64,000 nt of DNA from Anaerolineaceae bacterium. Its GTDB lineage: Bacteria > Chloroflexota > Anaerolineae > Anaerolineales > Anaerolineaceae. The notes beneath the pieces were generated by a model, which was not told where the DNA came from, made no database searches, and saw only the letters and a program-made list of their open reading frames with translations. Made by a program: the position numbers and the translations under genes. Positions 1 through 9,626 of the stretch are shown here, in pieces. The stretch spans positions 16,592-80,591 of the forward strand of contig DAOUFI010000023.1 of assembly GCA_034430175.1 (NCBI GenBank), read 5' to 3'. Positions within the stretch are counted from its first letter, which is position 1. Each line of letters starts with the position of its first letter.

Positions 1-380
1 GTGAAGGCTGTGATGAGCGAATCACCATTGCTTGCCAGTCGAAAAGCCGCCTGGTCACGATTGTAAGCGTCGGAATAGAAGTAGCCGGCGTTCTGAACGG
101 GTGTGTCGTAGCCAATCGCAGGTAGGGCGGCGTAGATAAAGATGCTAAACGCGATTCTCAGTAAAAACGCGGTTAGCATTAACGCAGCCAGGGGGCGATC
201 CCCGCCCAACGAACGCCAGATCCGCATCAACAGAAAGAGAGAAATGAATGAAAGCACCCCGACTGCCAGCCAACCTTGCCAGAACGAGCCATTTGAGAAC
301 GCGGAGAGAATCGCGCCCAGTGCTGCCGCGCCGAGGAATGAAATAAGCAGATCGATCAGGGGTTGGCGTGTTTTTATCAT
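1..380 (-). CDS. integral membrane protein, 5' part only (gene runs off the window start)
   Basis: Own minus-strand translation from ATG at 380..378 gives MIKTRQPLIDLLISFLGAAALGAILSAF... It stays open to position 1 and is hydrophobic with multiple TM segments. It lies 13 nt downstream of the GT4 gene on the same strand. It is absent from the ORF track because no stop falls inside the window. Confidence 0.45.
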   Translation of the reverse strand, partial: MIKTRQPLIDLLISFLGAAALGAILSAFSNGSFWQGWLAVGVLSFISLFLLMRIWRSLGGDRPLAALMLTAFLLRIAFSIFIYAALPAIGYDTPVQNAGYFYSDAYNRDQAAFRLASNGDSLITAF

Positions 381-393
381 TGGTTCCCGCTTT

Positions 394-1524
394 TTATTGA
401 AGATTGAAGGAGGAAAGGATCGCTTTCATTCTTTCATCCCAGGAGTATTGTACAGCATCCAATCTGGCTTGCAGGCCGAGCGATTCACGCAAGGCTTTAT
501 CATTTTGTAACCGCTCAAGCGCGGCGGATAGGGCTCGCAGGTCTTCGGGGGGATAAAATGCCGCGTTCTTCTCATTGAGCACTTCATGCAGCACGGGCAG
601 GTCACTGCAGAGGATAGCTCGACCACAGGCCATATATTCAAACACCTTCATTGGGCTGGTGACGTTGGCAATGTCGCCGCCGCTGCTTCCGGCTACCTGC
701 TTGCGGTAGGGCATCAGCAATACATCCGCGCACGCCTGGTAAAGCGGCAGTCTCTCATTGGCAATAAAACCAGTCAAGATGAGGTTCTTCAGGTGCATTG
801 TGGCGGCTTTATCCTGCCATTCCTGGATATCCTGCGACTTACCACCGACGCAAACAAACTGTATTGATGGAAAAGCGGCAGCCAGGTCAAGCAAGATTTC
901 GAGCCCGCGTCCGGGGTAAAATCCGCCCGAGTATATGGCTGTAAACCGTTCGGGCAGGTTAAGCATCTTGCGTGCTTCCGCAGCACCGGGTAAATTCTGG
1001 AAGCGTTCCAGATCCACCCCATCGGGCGAAATCTTGATCTCACCATCAATGTGATGCACCTTTAATTTGCTCTCGATGAGCGCTTTAAGCGCGGTCGTGA
1101 TGAAAACGGTCATTTTTCGACCACGTAGCCGCAGATACCTTTGATATAACTTTGGACCAAGCCGGCCGGTTGGGACGTCATGCATCTCGAGGATAACCGG
1201 AAGCCCGGCGCGCAGGGCCAGCTCGGCCACGCGGATTAACCGGGTGTATATCAAATCGGAGTGGTCCATCTTGGCGAGCGCTACAGAGCGAATCGCGAAA
1301 TCTATCTTACGCAAGGCGGGAATAAACGGCAGCCAGGTGATCTTGAATTCAGTGTTCAAGCCGTAATGGCTTTTCAAAGTCTGGAAATCGTTGAAAGGAG
1401 TTCCGGCCACAACCAGTTCGACCTCGTGACCGAGATGGGTGAATGCCTGGCACACCTTCATCACCTGCATGCTGTTGGCAGTTTCCGAGGGGATTGTCGA
1501 TGGGGCTATGTATGTAATCTTCAT
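394..1524 (-). CDS. glycosyltransferase family 4 (GT1-type Rossmann fold)
   Basis: 376-aa ORF with N-terminus MKITYIAPSTIPSETANSMQVMKVCQAF and a C-terminal EX7E-like region (PMKVFEYMACGRAIL) typical of group-1 glycosyltransferases. It overlaps the upstream flippase gene by 4 nt. Confidence 0.8.
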   Translation of the reverse strand: MKITYIAPSTIPSETANSMQVMKVCQAFTHLGHEVELVVAGTPFNDFQTLKSHYGLNTEFKITWLPFIPALRKIDFAIRSVALAKMDHSDLIYTRLIRVAELALRAGLPVILEMHDVPTGRLGPKLYQRYLRLRGRKMTVFITTALKALIESKLKVHHIDGEIKISPDGVDLERFQNLPGAAEARKMLNLPERFTAIYSGGFYPGRGLEILLDLAAAFPSIQFVCVGGKSQDIQEWQDKAATMHLKNLILTGFIANERLPLYQACADVLLMPYRKQVAGSSGGDIANVTSPMKVFEYMACGRAILCSDLPVLHEVLNEKNAAFYPPEDLRALSAALERLQNDKALRESLGLQARLDAVQYSWDERMKAILSSFNLQ

Positions 1525-2876
1525 GCCGCCTCAACTTCAGGGAATTGCTTCTCCCCCTTGCGCACCATTGCCAATCCGATGACAACCAGCAATCCAACCG
1601 TAACGAAGAAGTTTCCTGAAAGCAGGGCGGCTTCGCCGTTGATGCCGAAAACTGGAACGATCACGAACGCCAGGGCGGTTTTAATCACCGCTACCGCAGC
1701 CAGCACGTAGAGAGCAATATTGGCTTTACCGAAAGAGAGCAACAACGAACGGTTCCAGAAGAAAATATTGGAAATGCTGTATCCCAGGATCAGAATCATC
1801 ATAGTGGGGTAGGCCGGGACATATTCTTTTCCCCACAGCGAAAGGATCCAACGTCCACACAGCAGCATTGCCAGGAAGAACAATACCGTCCAGGCTCCCG
1901 AGATCGTCGTCACGCGGCGTAGCAGACGGCGCAATTCCTTCCACTTTTTCGTGGCCACGCAACGGGTGGTCTCAGGATAGGTGGTATTGATGAATTGCGA
2001 AATGGGCACCATCAATGGGGTGGCGATGCTCAGAGCGATCTTGTAGTAGGCTACGGCAGCCGTATTTAACAGAAAACCCACAAGAAGCGGTTCGCTTTCA
2101 CTCACCACAAGTTTGACTGTACCGCTCAGGTTGGTACTGATGGTGAATCCAGCCATTTCTTTGAACGAAGCCAGACCATCGCTGGGTGATTTCCACCAAT
2201 CCTTGCCGAGTTTCTGATTGAGCGCGATCAATGCTGCCACCACCGGTCCGATCCCTGTGATCAATTTTCCAATCAAGTAAGCCCAGAGCACAAATAGGAT
2301 CGTGCCGTGGGTAAAGAAGGCAATTGTGATCAGTGTAGCGGTGAGGATGCTTTGCGCCAGGTTGATCCCCGCCTGGATCTTGAAGCGGTTGGTTACCTGC
2401 AAAATGCCGGTGGCCGTTTCGTTAGTGATATTGGCCAGAATGAACAACCCGTACAGGTAGAAATAGGGCAGGGTGGTGGGGTCTTTGGCAAAGACGCGTG
2501 CTCCCCAGCCCGCAAGAAGCATGAATACCCCATAGGTGAATAGTGATGTGCAGGTTTCGGTGATACCGGCGATGCGGGCATACGCTCCGGCTTTTTTGTA
2601 ATCCTTGTTGGCCAGTTCACGCCCCATGAACTGGATCACGAACTCACCCATGCGGAATGAGAACAACCGGTTGATGTTGGTGGCAAAGGTCATCACCACT
2701 ACCAGTGTTCCGAAAACGCTTGCTCCTAATAAACGGGTTGCCAGGATGCTCTGCCCGAGGGAAAGCCCCATAGCGACCGCCTGTGAACTGAATAAATAAC
2801 CGGTGTTGCGTAGGACTCTTCGAAGTAGAGGATCGTTCTTCCAGATGTCGACGAGTTTTTCGCGGAGAGAACTCAT
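1521..2876 (-). CDS. polysaccharide biosynthesis protein / oligosaccharide flippase (MOP/Wzx-like)
   Basis: Multi-TM ORF of about 450 aa with the usual flippase architecture. Start is chosen at MSSLREK (ATG 2876) because it forms an ATGA overlap with the stop of the upstream epimerase. The track ORF extends to 2921. Confidence 0.7.
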   Translation of the reverse strand: MSSLREKLVDIWKNDPLLRRVLRNTGYLFSSQAVAMGLSLGQSILATRLLGASVFGTLVVVMTFATNINRLFSFRMGEFVIQFMGRELANKDYKKAGAYARIAGITETCTSLFTYGVFMLLAGWGARVFAKDPTTLPYFYLYGLFILANITNETATGILQVTNRFKIQAGINLAQSILTATLITIAFFTHGTILFVLWAYLIGKLITGIGPVVAALIALNQKLGKDWWKSPSDGLASFKEMAGFTISTNLSGTVKLVVSESEPLLVGFLLNTAAVAYYKIALSIATPLMVPISQFINTTYPETTRCVATKKWKELRRLLRRVTTISGAWTVLFFLAMLLCGRWILSLWGKEYVPAYPTMMILILGYSISNIFFWNRSLLLSFGKANIALYVLAAVAVIKTALAFVIVPVFGINGEAALLSGNFFVTVGLLVVIGLAMVRKGEKQFPEVEAA

Positions 2877-3850
2877 GGGGTCAAGACCTGGCTCGTCCAG
2901 GCACGCTCCTGCATGTACCAATCGACCAGGGCTGCGATGCCCTCATCCAGCGTTACCTGCGGTTCCCAGCCCAATATCTGGCGGGCTTTTTCCACGTTCG
3001 CCCAGTTGGCATTCACGTCGGCCGGGTTCTTGTCGATGTACTTGATCAGACCTTTGCGGCCCAGGCGGTCTTCGATCTTATGCAGTAACTCATTGATGGT
3101 GATGGTTTCGTGACCTCCCAGGTTGATGATCTCGTAGCCCATTGGCTTGAGACCAAGCAACACACCGCGGGCGATGTCGTCAAGGTAGGTGAAACCGCGC
3201 ATCTGGTTACCGTCGCCGGTGATTGTGACCTGCTTGCCCTCAGCCAGCCACTGGACGAAGCGGAACATCACCATGTCGGGCCTACCGGCCGGTCCGTAGA
3301 CCGTGAAGAAGCGGAAGATGGTGACATCCAGACCGAAGAGATGATGATAGGTATAAGCCATCACTTCAGCGGCCTTTTTGCTGGCGGCGTAGATTTGCAA
3401 TGGATGGCTGGAATCGGCATCTTCGGGGGTGGGCAGCGGTGGGTTGGAACCGTAGATGCTCGAGGTCGAGGCCATAACGAGTTTCTTGATGCCGTTCTGA
3501 CGGCAATACTCAAGGATATTCAAAGTGCCATTGGCATTGGATTCGAAATAAGTGGTCGGGATCTCAACTGCCTGACGAACCCCTGCCCGAGCCGCCAGAT
3601 GGATGACAGTGTCGATCTTGGGATAGTTCGCAGCGATCTCGCGGAACAACTCAGCGCGTCGGATGTCTTCCTGCAGGAAAGTGAAACCGGAAAGCTTTTT
3701 CAAACCTTCCAGCCGCCAGAGTTTCAGACGCACGTCGTAGGAGTCATTCAGGTTGTCGACACCGACCACCTGATGACCCTCGGCAAGAAGCATTTCAATC
3801 ACGCGGCGGGCGATGAACCCTGCCGCACCGGTGACCAGATACTGTGACAT
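2873..3850 (-). CDS. NAD-dependent nucleotide-sugar epimerase/dehydratase (SDR family, UDP-uronate 4-epimerase-like)
   Basis: GAAGFIA Rossmann motif at the N-terminus and a YAASK catalytic motif, 325 aa. It shares a TAATG overlap with the upstream dehydrogenase. Confidence 0.8.
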   Translation of the reverse strand: MSQYLVTGAAGFIARRVIEMLLAEGHQVVGVDNLNDSYDVRLKLWRLEGLKKLSGFTFLQEDIRRAELFREIAANYPKIDTVIHLAARAGVRQAVEIPTTYFESNANGTLNILEYCRQNGIKKLVMASTSSIYGSNPPLPTPEDADSSHPLQIYAASKKAAEVMAYTYHHLFGLDVTIFRFFTVYGPAGRPDMVMFRFVQWLAEGKQVTITGDGNQMRGFTYLDDIARGVLLGLKPMGYEIINLGGHETITINELLHKIEDRLGRKGLIKYIDKNPADVNANWANVEKARQILGWEPQVTLDEGIAALVDWYMQERAWTSQVLTP

Positions 3851-5166
3851 TAGAGCCTCACTACCTTCGGGTTCTTCACTCCAAGCTTGCCCAGGGCGTT
3901 GCGGGTGTCGACGATTAGCTTGGCTTCCTTGTGGATGGTGTTGTAATCGTAGACCTTATGGTTAGTGACAATGACGACACAATCCGCGGACTTGACCTCG
4001 GCCATCAAGTCTTTCACCGATTCGATCTTCCAATCATCGTGGTGAATGACGGGGATGTAGGGATCATGGTAGCTGACCTTCGCGCCTTTGGCTTGCAGCA
4101 GGCGAATAACGTCAATGGAGGGACTTTCGCGCAAGTCGTCGATATCGGGTTTGTAGGCAGCACCGAGCACGAGCACTTTGCTGCCCTTGAGCGATTTTTC
4201 GTGTCCGTTAAGCGCGTCTTGCACCTTGGTAACAGCGAAACGCGGCATGGAGGTATTGATCTCGGAAGCCAGGTCGATGAAACGGGCTGTGTAGTTGAGC
4301 GAGCGCAGCTTCCAGGAAAGGTAGAGCGGATCGATGGGGATACAGTGTCCGCCCAAGCCGGGCCCTGGTTGGAACTTCATGAAACCGAATGGTTTGGTGG
4401 CAGCAGCGTCGATCACTTCCCAGACGTCCACGCCGAGACGGTCGCACATCAGCGCGAGCTCGTTGACGAAGCCGATGTTGATCATACGGAAGGTGTTTTC
4501 AAGCAGTTTGGCCATTTCAGCCACTTCGGTGGAAGAAACGGGTACGACGGTATCGAGCGCTTCTCGGTACCACGCGGCTGAAACCTCGGTGCATTTTTCG
4601 GTCATGCCGCCGATGACCTTGGGGGTGTTCTTGGTGGTCCAATCGGTGCGGCCCGGATCGACACGTTCGGGGGAGAAGGCGACGAAAATCTCTTCGCCAA
4701 CTTTAAGTTTACTTTTATCGGTAAGGGTGGGCAGTACCAGTTCACGGGTGGTGCCTGGATAAGTGCTCGATTCAAGCACGACTACCAATCCGGGGTGGAC
4801 ATACGGAGCCAATCCTTCAGCAGCGCTGACAATGAATGACAGGTCGGGGTCGCCGGTCTGGCGTAATGGGGTGGGCACGCAAATGGCCACCGCGTCTACT
4901 TTTGCCAGCACGGAATAATCAGTGGTTCCACTTAGCTTGCCTTCTTTCAAAAGTTTAGCCACTTTCTCGGACGGGACGTCCATGATGTAGCTTTCGCCTT
5001 TGTTGATTTTGTCCATCTTTTCCTGAATCGGGTCCACCCCGATCACAGTAAACCCTGCTTCGGCGAATACGGTCGCGAAGGGTAATCCGACGTATCCCAT
5101 TCCTAGCACAGCAATACGTGCGGTTTTATTCTGGAATTTTTCGATCAATGTTTTGGAGTAATCCAT
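3850..5166 (-). CDS. nucleotide-sugar dehydrogenase (UDP-GlcNAc/UDP-ManNAc 6-dehydrogenase-like)
   Basis: 438 aa with IAVLGMGYVGLPFA Rossmann motif and a GGHCIPIDP catalytic-Cys motif, typical of the UDP-glucose/GDP-mannose dehydrogenase family. Confidence 0.85.
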   Translation of the reverse strand: MDYSKTLIEKFQNKTARIAVLGMGYVGLPFATVFAEAGFTVIGVDPIQEKMDKINKGESYIMDVPSEKVAKLLKEGKLSGTTDYSVLAKVDAVAICVPTPLRQTGDPDLSFIVSAAEGLAPYVHPGLVVVLESSTYPGTTRELVLPTLTDKSKLKVGEEIFVAFSPERVDPGRTDWTTKNTPKVIGGMTEKCTEVSAAWYREALDTVVPVSSTEVAEMAKLLENTFRMINIGFVNELALMCDRLGVDVWEVIDAAATKPFGFMKFQPGPGLGGHCIPIDPLYLSWKLRSLNYTARFIDLASEINTSMPRFAVTKVQDALNGHEKSLKGSKVLVLGAAYKPDIDDLRESPSIDVIRLLQAKGAKVSYHDPYIPVIHHDDWKIESVKDLMAEVKSADCVVIVTNHKVYDYNTIHKEAKLIVDTRNALGKLGVKNPKVVRL

Positions 5167-5187
5167 GTTTAATCACCTTTAGGTAGG

Positions 5188-5859
5188 TTAGAAGAGACTC
5201 AATTGTTCCGCTGGACCTTCTTCTGGTTCGGCAGGCGGCTCTTCTACCGGATTATCGATCTTTGGAGTTTGTTTGATGTCCTTTTTAACCTGTTCCAGGG
5301 CTTTTGGCAATAGTTGAAAATCAGCAATTACCTGGGGTTTCAAGGAAGGTTGATGCAAAGCTGCTGCCGGATGGAACATTGGCACGATCACCCGATTCTG
5401 AATCACGCGCGGTTTACCGTGGATCTCGCTGATGCGCGCGTTCGGTAGGAATTTACCCATCGAGTACCGTCCAAGCGTAACGATAACGCCGGGGTTGATG
5501 GCTTCGATCTGTTGGTCGAGATAAGTGCTACACGCGCTTAATTCTTCAGGCAAGGGATCCCGATTGCCAGGGGGACGGCACTTGACCACGTTGCAGATGA
5601 ACACGTTCTCGCGCTTCAAGCCGGCGGTTTCGAGCAACTCATCCAAGAACTTCCCAGCCTGACCAACGAAGGGGCGTCCCTGTTCGTTTTCATAGAAGCC
5701 TGGTCCTTCACCGATGAACATGAACTCGGCGTTGGCTGGGCCTTCTCCGGGTACGGACAACTTGCGTGAAAAATGCAAGGCGCATTTTTCACAGTTCGAT
5801 ACCTGTGCGGCGACACTCAATAGAACGTCGATTGCAGTCACGAGGAACCTCCCCTGCAA
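5188..5859 (-). CDS. uracil-DNA glycosylase, family 4
   Basis: Contains the CxxC cluster region (CEKCALH), the GEGPG motif followed by GRPFVGQAGKFLD, and HPAAAL near the C-terminus. Confidence 0.85.
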   Translation of the reverse strand: MQGRFLVTAIDVLLSVAAQVSNCEKCALHFSRKLSVPGEGPANAEFMFIGEGPGFYENEQGRPFVGQAGKFLDELLETAGLKRENVFICNVVKCRPPGNRDPLPEELSACSTYLDQQIEAINPGVIVTLGRYSMGKFLPNARISEIHGKPRVIQNRVIVPMFHPAAALHQPSLKPQVIADFQLLPKALEQVKKDIKQTPKIDNPVEEPPAEPEEGPAEQLSLF

Positions 5860-5884
5860 GGATATGTCAACCTCTAATTTTACC

Positions 5885-6394
5885 TTACCCTTGGGAATTC
5901 AACAGATCAGGATCGATTTTTTGCAGGCTCATAAGGATCGCGTCCTCATGGTTGTCTTGATAATAATGCGGACGCACACCGTCCTCCTGGTATCCCAGTT
6001 CGCGATAAAGTTGACGCGCCGCCGTGTTGCCTTTGCGCACTTCAAGGAAGGATACCGTCGCGCCTTCTTTTTGCGCTTCCAACAGCAGATGCGCCATCAA
6101 CTTGCGGCCGATTCCCAAACGGCGGAATTCGGGGGCAGATGCGATGGTGGCAATGTGGATCTCATCTACAATCAGCCAGCCGACAATCATGCCGGCGATC
6201 ACGCTATTCCCGGCGGCATCCTCCGTCTCGGCCACCCAGGCACGTGCTGCGTCGTTCTTTTCCACTTCATAATGGAAAGAGCTCTCTGGCCAGGGCAACG
6301 AGAAGGAAGCGCGGTCAATCTCGATCACCCGGGGTAGATCGGCGGGGGTCATTTTACGAATTTGGAGGGGGAAGGGAACTTGCGAGAGGCTCAA
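5885..6394 (-). CDS. rimI: ribosomal-protein-alanine N-acetyltransferase (GNAT)
   Basis: 169-aa GNAT with RRLGIGRKLM acetyl-CoA motif. It sits immediately downstream of tsaB and tsaE, the classic tsaE-tsaB-rimI arrangement, with a 4-nt overlap to tsaB. Confidence 0.8.
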   Translation of the reverse strand: MSLSQVPFPLQIRKMTPADLPRVIEIDRASFSLPWPESSFHYEVEKNDAARAWVAETEDAAGNSVIAGMIVGWLIVDEIHIATIASAPEFRRLGIGRKLMAHLLLEAQKEGATVSFLEVRKGNTAARQLYRELGYQEDGVRPHYYQDNHEDAILMSLQKIDPDLLNSQG

Positions 6395-7059
6395 TCGGGG
6401 ATGGCCTCAGCCACATGCAGATAGATGGGCGAAAGCGAGATGGGCTCATCTTTTTCGCCGGCTTGCAGGTGGTTCCATGCCAGTTCAGCCAGCATGGCCG
6501 GGTGGCGCACGCACTGAGCCGGCGAAGCCAAAATGGCGTTTTTATACTTACGTCCGAGGATTTGGCGTTCTTCAGCGTCGAACTCACCGCAGATATACGT
6601 CCTGCCGTCGATCATGGCGGATAGCGCTTCGGCGGTCATGATGGTCGCTTCTCCTTCAGCCGTCCACTTGTTGTCTACATTCTTATACCAGCCCACAGCC
6701 AGGCGTCCACGCCCGGCGGGGAGTATGGCCGCCAGCGGGATGTCCAGTAAAGGCTGCGTTGCCACCAGAAAATCGAAAGTTGGGATTCCGATAAGAGGAA
6801 TATTTAATGAAAAAGCCAATCCTTTGGCGAAAGCCAACCCAATGCGCATGCTGGTAAAGGAACCCGGTCCGAGCGCGCAGGCGACAGCGGTCAGGCTGGT
6901 GGAGGCGACGCCGCATTTCTTCAGCAGGTCCTGCGCTGAAGGCGCCAGTTCGACGGTGTGGTGGGTCTGGGTGCGCCAGTAGGTTTCGGCGAGTGCCTGA
7001 GACCCGTCGTAAAGCGCCAACCCCATCGTCTGTGTTGAAGTATCCACTGCCAGTAACAT
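6391..7059 (-). CDS. tsaB: tRNA threonylcarbamoyladenosine biosynthesis protein TsaB
   Basis: MLLAVDTSTQTMGLALYDG is the typical TsaB N-terminus and GPGSFTSMRIG is also present. Start is chosen at the internal Met (7059), which abuts the tsaE stop. The track ORF extends to 7107. Confidence 0.85.
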   Translation of the reverse strand: MLLAVDTSTQTMGLALYDGSQALAETYWRTQTHHTVELAPSAQDLLKKCGVASTSLTAVACALGPGSFTSMRIGLAFAKGLAFSLNIPLIGIPTFDFLVATQPLLDIPLAAILPAGRGRLAVGWYKNVDNKWTAEGEATIMTAEALSAMIDGRTYICGEFDAEERQILGRKYKNAILASPAQCVRHPAMLAELAWNHLQAGEKDEPISLSPIYLHVAEAIPD

Positions 7060-7060
7060 C

Positions 7061-7555
7061 TCAGCCTCCAAAGAGCTGGCTCTTGAGCAACCTGGCCAGT
7101 TCTTCATACCTTTTACCGTTGGGAATGAATGCCATCCCGCGCTGCTCGTCAGCCACCCAGGAAAGCTGGATGGACAGGCGCTCGGCGGGCAGGGCGGAAT
7201 CGATGCGTTCAGCCCACTCGACGATCAACACACCGCTGGTGAGCATTTCGTCCAGATCGAGGTCCTCGGCTTCCAGCGCGGATTGGATACGGTAGGCGTC
7301 CATGTGGTGGATGCGCCCGCCATCAGGACGGGTGTAGATGTTGACCAGCACAAAAGTGGGGCTCGATACCGTGTCTGTGGAACCCCAGCCCTTCGCGATA
7401 CCCTGGACGAATGTGGTCTTGCCGGCGCCCAGGTCACCTGTCAGCGCCAGCAGATCGCCGGGGCGCAGGAGTGAGCCCAGCCGCATGCCGATGCGCCGGG
7501 TCTGTTCCGGTGAGCGGCTGACAATATCGAAGCTTTCCGATGAGTAGATTGGCAT
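7061..7555 (-). CDS. tsaE: tRNA t6A biosynthesis ATPase TsaE
   Basis: P-loop GDLGAGKTTFVQGI followed by SPTF. Start is probably ATG 7555 (MPIYSSE), preceded by a TATAAT box 9 nt upstream. The alternative is GTG at 7588. Confidence 0.85.
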   Translation of the reverse strand: MPIYSSESFDIVSRSPEQTRRIGMRLGSLLRPGDLLALTGDLGAGKTTFVQGIAKGWGSTDTVSSPTFVLVNIYTRPDGGRIHHMDAYRIQSALEAEDLDLDEMLTSGVLIVEWAERIDSALPAERLSIQLSWVADEQRGMAFIPNGKRYEELARLLKSQLFGG

Positions 7556-7599
7556 ATTGATAAAATTATAAGGCAGCGCCGGGAGCACGGCAAGGCGGA

Positions 7600-8730
7600 T
7601 TATTTCTTGTTCGCTGTTTGCATGATCAACCGCGCGATCTGGCGTGCCGCTTCCGGGCGGGCCAGACTGCGGCTGGAGGCTTGCGCTTCAGCCAGACGGT
7701 CGGGATGCTTGACCCAGTTCTTGATCACCGAAACCACCATGCCGGGTTCGGGCGCCCACATCCCCGCGCCTTCGCCAATGACGTAGAGCACGTTGCCTTC
7801 TTCCTGACCAGGTTGGCGGTTGTAGAGGATGATCGGCAATCCGGCAATGAACCCCTCACTGATTGTGCCCGGTCCGGCTTTGGTGATGAGCACGTCTGCT
7901 GCTTCCATGAACTCGGGCATCTCACGCACGAAACCGTAGATCTTGTGGGGGAGCTTCCAGTCGCGGGCTTCCAGACGATCCTTCAGGCGTTTGTTTCGTC
8001 CCGTGACCACCACCAGCGAGACCGGCAGCCCGGAATCGTCGATTGCTGCGGCAGTGGCTTCGAGCGGGCCCATGCCTTCGCCGCCGCCGACGAGCAGCAG
8101 GGTCATTTGCGCCTCGGGCCAGCCGAGTTTCTTTCTGGCAGCCAGTTTATCGTGCCCCATATGGAGGAAGCGTTCTGCCACTGGCAGACCGCACACTGCC
8201 ATTTTCTTCTCGCTCATCCCCAATTCCAGGCCGCGTTCGTACGCGCTCTCGGTGGGAAGGATGGTGAGATCGACCAACGGGTCGTACCAGAAGGTGTGGG
8301 TCGAGACCATGTCGGTCACCACCGTCACGAAGGGGATCTTCCTGCGGTGGATCACCTGGCGCACGGGTTTCGTCATCAAAGGATGTACCGAAACGATCAT
8401 GTCGGTGGGGTGGTCTTTGAGCAGATACCACACCGATGAATACAGGTACGGGTAAGCCATACGGTTGGCGATAGCCACCTGACGCTTGCCGTTGCTCATG
8501 TTGTAACTCATCGCCCACAGGCGTTCGCTTTTGGAAACCAGCGGGTAGATCTCTGGAGCCAGATTCAGCGGGGGTGGAGCGTATTCTTTGAAGAAGTCGA
8601 CTTTGCTGGCCACGAACTGACCGTGAAATTCCAACTCCATCGCCTCGATGATGGCTTCCACCGCGCTACGGTGACCACCGCCTGTGTCTGAATAAAGGAA
8701 CAGGATTCGGGGCGGGTTGTCATTGGTCAT
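7600..8730 (-). CDS. monogalactosyl/diglucosyl-diacylglycerol synthase family glycosyltransferase (GT28, UgtP/MGDG synthase-like)
   Basis: N-terminal ILFLYSDTGGGHRSAVEAI motif and a C-terminal GT28 region (ITKAGPGTISEG) are typical of the MGDG_synth family. Confidence 0.8.
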   Translation of the reverse strand: MTNDNPPRILFLYSDTGGGHRSAVEAIIEAMELEFHGQFVASKVDFFKEYAPPPLNLAPEIYPLVSKSERLWAMSYNMSNGKRQVAIANRMAYPYLYSSVWYLLKDHPTDMIVSVHPLMTKPVRQVIHRRKIPFVTVVTDMVSTHTFWYDPLVDLTILPTESAYERGLELGMSEKKMAVCGLPVAERFLHMGHDKLAARKKLGWPEAQMTLLLVGGGEGMGPLEATAAAIDDSGLPVSLVVVTGRNKRLKDRLEARDWKLPHKIYGFVREMPEFMEAADVLITKAGPGTISEGFIAGLPIILYNRQPGQEEGNVLYVIGEGAGMWAPEPGMVVSVIKNWVKHPDRLAEAQASSRSLARPEAARQIARLIMQTANKK

Positions 8731-8923
8731 GTTCTGTGTCTCCGGGGAGGATGGCTTTAAGGCGGTGTGCCAGTTCGCGGCGCGAGAGCATTACCTTGTG
8801 CCCGCATTTGATGCATTCCAGGCCGATGTCGGCGCCGAGGCGCACCACGCGCCACTCGTAACTGCCGCAGGGGTGCGGTTTGCGCAGTTTCACCCGATCG
8901 CCGATGTTGATCTCTGGTAGCAT
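8720..8923 (-). CDS. DUF951 family small protein
   Basis: GDRVKLRKPHPCGSYEWRVVRLGADIGLECIKCGHKVMLSR matches my recollection of the conserved DUF951 core (KKPHPCGS...W...R.GADI...C..C). ATG 8923 lies 6 nt after a TATAAT box, which would give a leaderless-type mRNA. Confidence 0.7.
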   Translation of the reverse strand: MLPEINIGDRVKLRKPHPCGSYEWRVVRLGADIGLECIKCGHKVMLSRRELAHRLKAILPGDTEHDQ

Positions 8924-8983
8924 GGAGCGATTATATCCCATGTTATAATCCAGCAAACTACCGAAAAGGCGAGCCCTTTAATC

Positions 8984-9625
8984 ATGTTCAACGTAACCAC
9001 AGACGAACTGATCTGCCGCGTGCTGACGCTGGTCATCGCGCTCACCGTGCACGAGTTCGCGCATGCCTGGGTGGCGGATTATTTCGGTGATTACACCCCC
9101 AGGGCATCGGGGCGGCTCACGTTGAACCCATTGGTTCACCTGGATTTTCTTGGCAGCCTGCTGCTGCTTGTCGCTGGTTTCGGTTGGGCTAGACCCACTC
9201 CTATCAACCCCGACCTGCTCAAGAAGCGTTCACGCTTTGCTGTGCTCTGGGTCTCGCTGGCCGGGCCGCTCTCAAATCTCGTCCTGGCCGCCATTTCCGG
9301 GCTGCCGCTGCGGTTGGGTCTGGTGGAGCTTTCCGTGAATACCGGGGGCATCCCCTCATTGGGTGAGTTCCTTTACGTTTTCAGCTACATCAATATCATC
9401 CTGGCCATCTTCAACCTGCTACCGTTCCCGCCGCTGGACGGTGAGAAGATCCTCTCCGCGCTGCTGCCGCAGTCGTTCGAACAGGGATTCGCCAAATTCC
9501 GCCCAATCGGTGGTCTGATCCTGATGGTGCTGGTCATCGGTGGTTCGCGTTTGGGGTTCGATGTGATCGGATGGCTGATCACCCCACTGGCTACTGCGTT
9601 TTCACGAATTTTCATTGGAGTTTAG
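8984..9625 (+). CDS. site-2 protease family (peptidase M50) membrane metalloprotease
   Basis: HEFAHAW zinc motif in TM1 and NLLPFPPLDG second motif, 213 aa, multi-TM. Confidence 0.85.
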   Translation: MFNVTTDELICRVLTLVIALTVHEFAHAWVADYFGDYTPRASGRLTLNPLVHLDFLGSLLLLVAGFGWARPTPINPDLLKKRSRFAVLWVSLAGPLSNLVLAAISGLPLRLGLVELSVNTGGIPSLGEFLYVFSYINIILAIFNLLPFPPLDGEKILSALLPQSFEQGFAKFRPIGGLILMVLVIGGSRLGFDVIGWLITPLATAFSRIFIGV

Positions 9626-9626
9626 C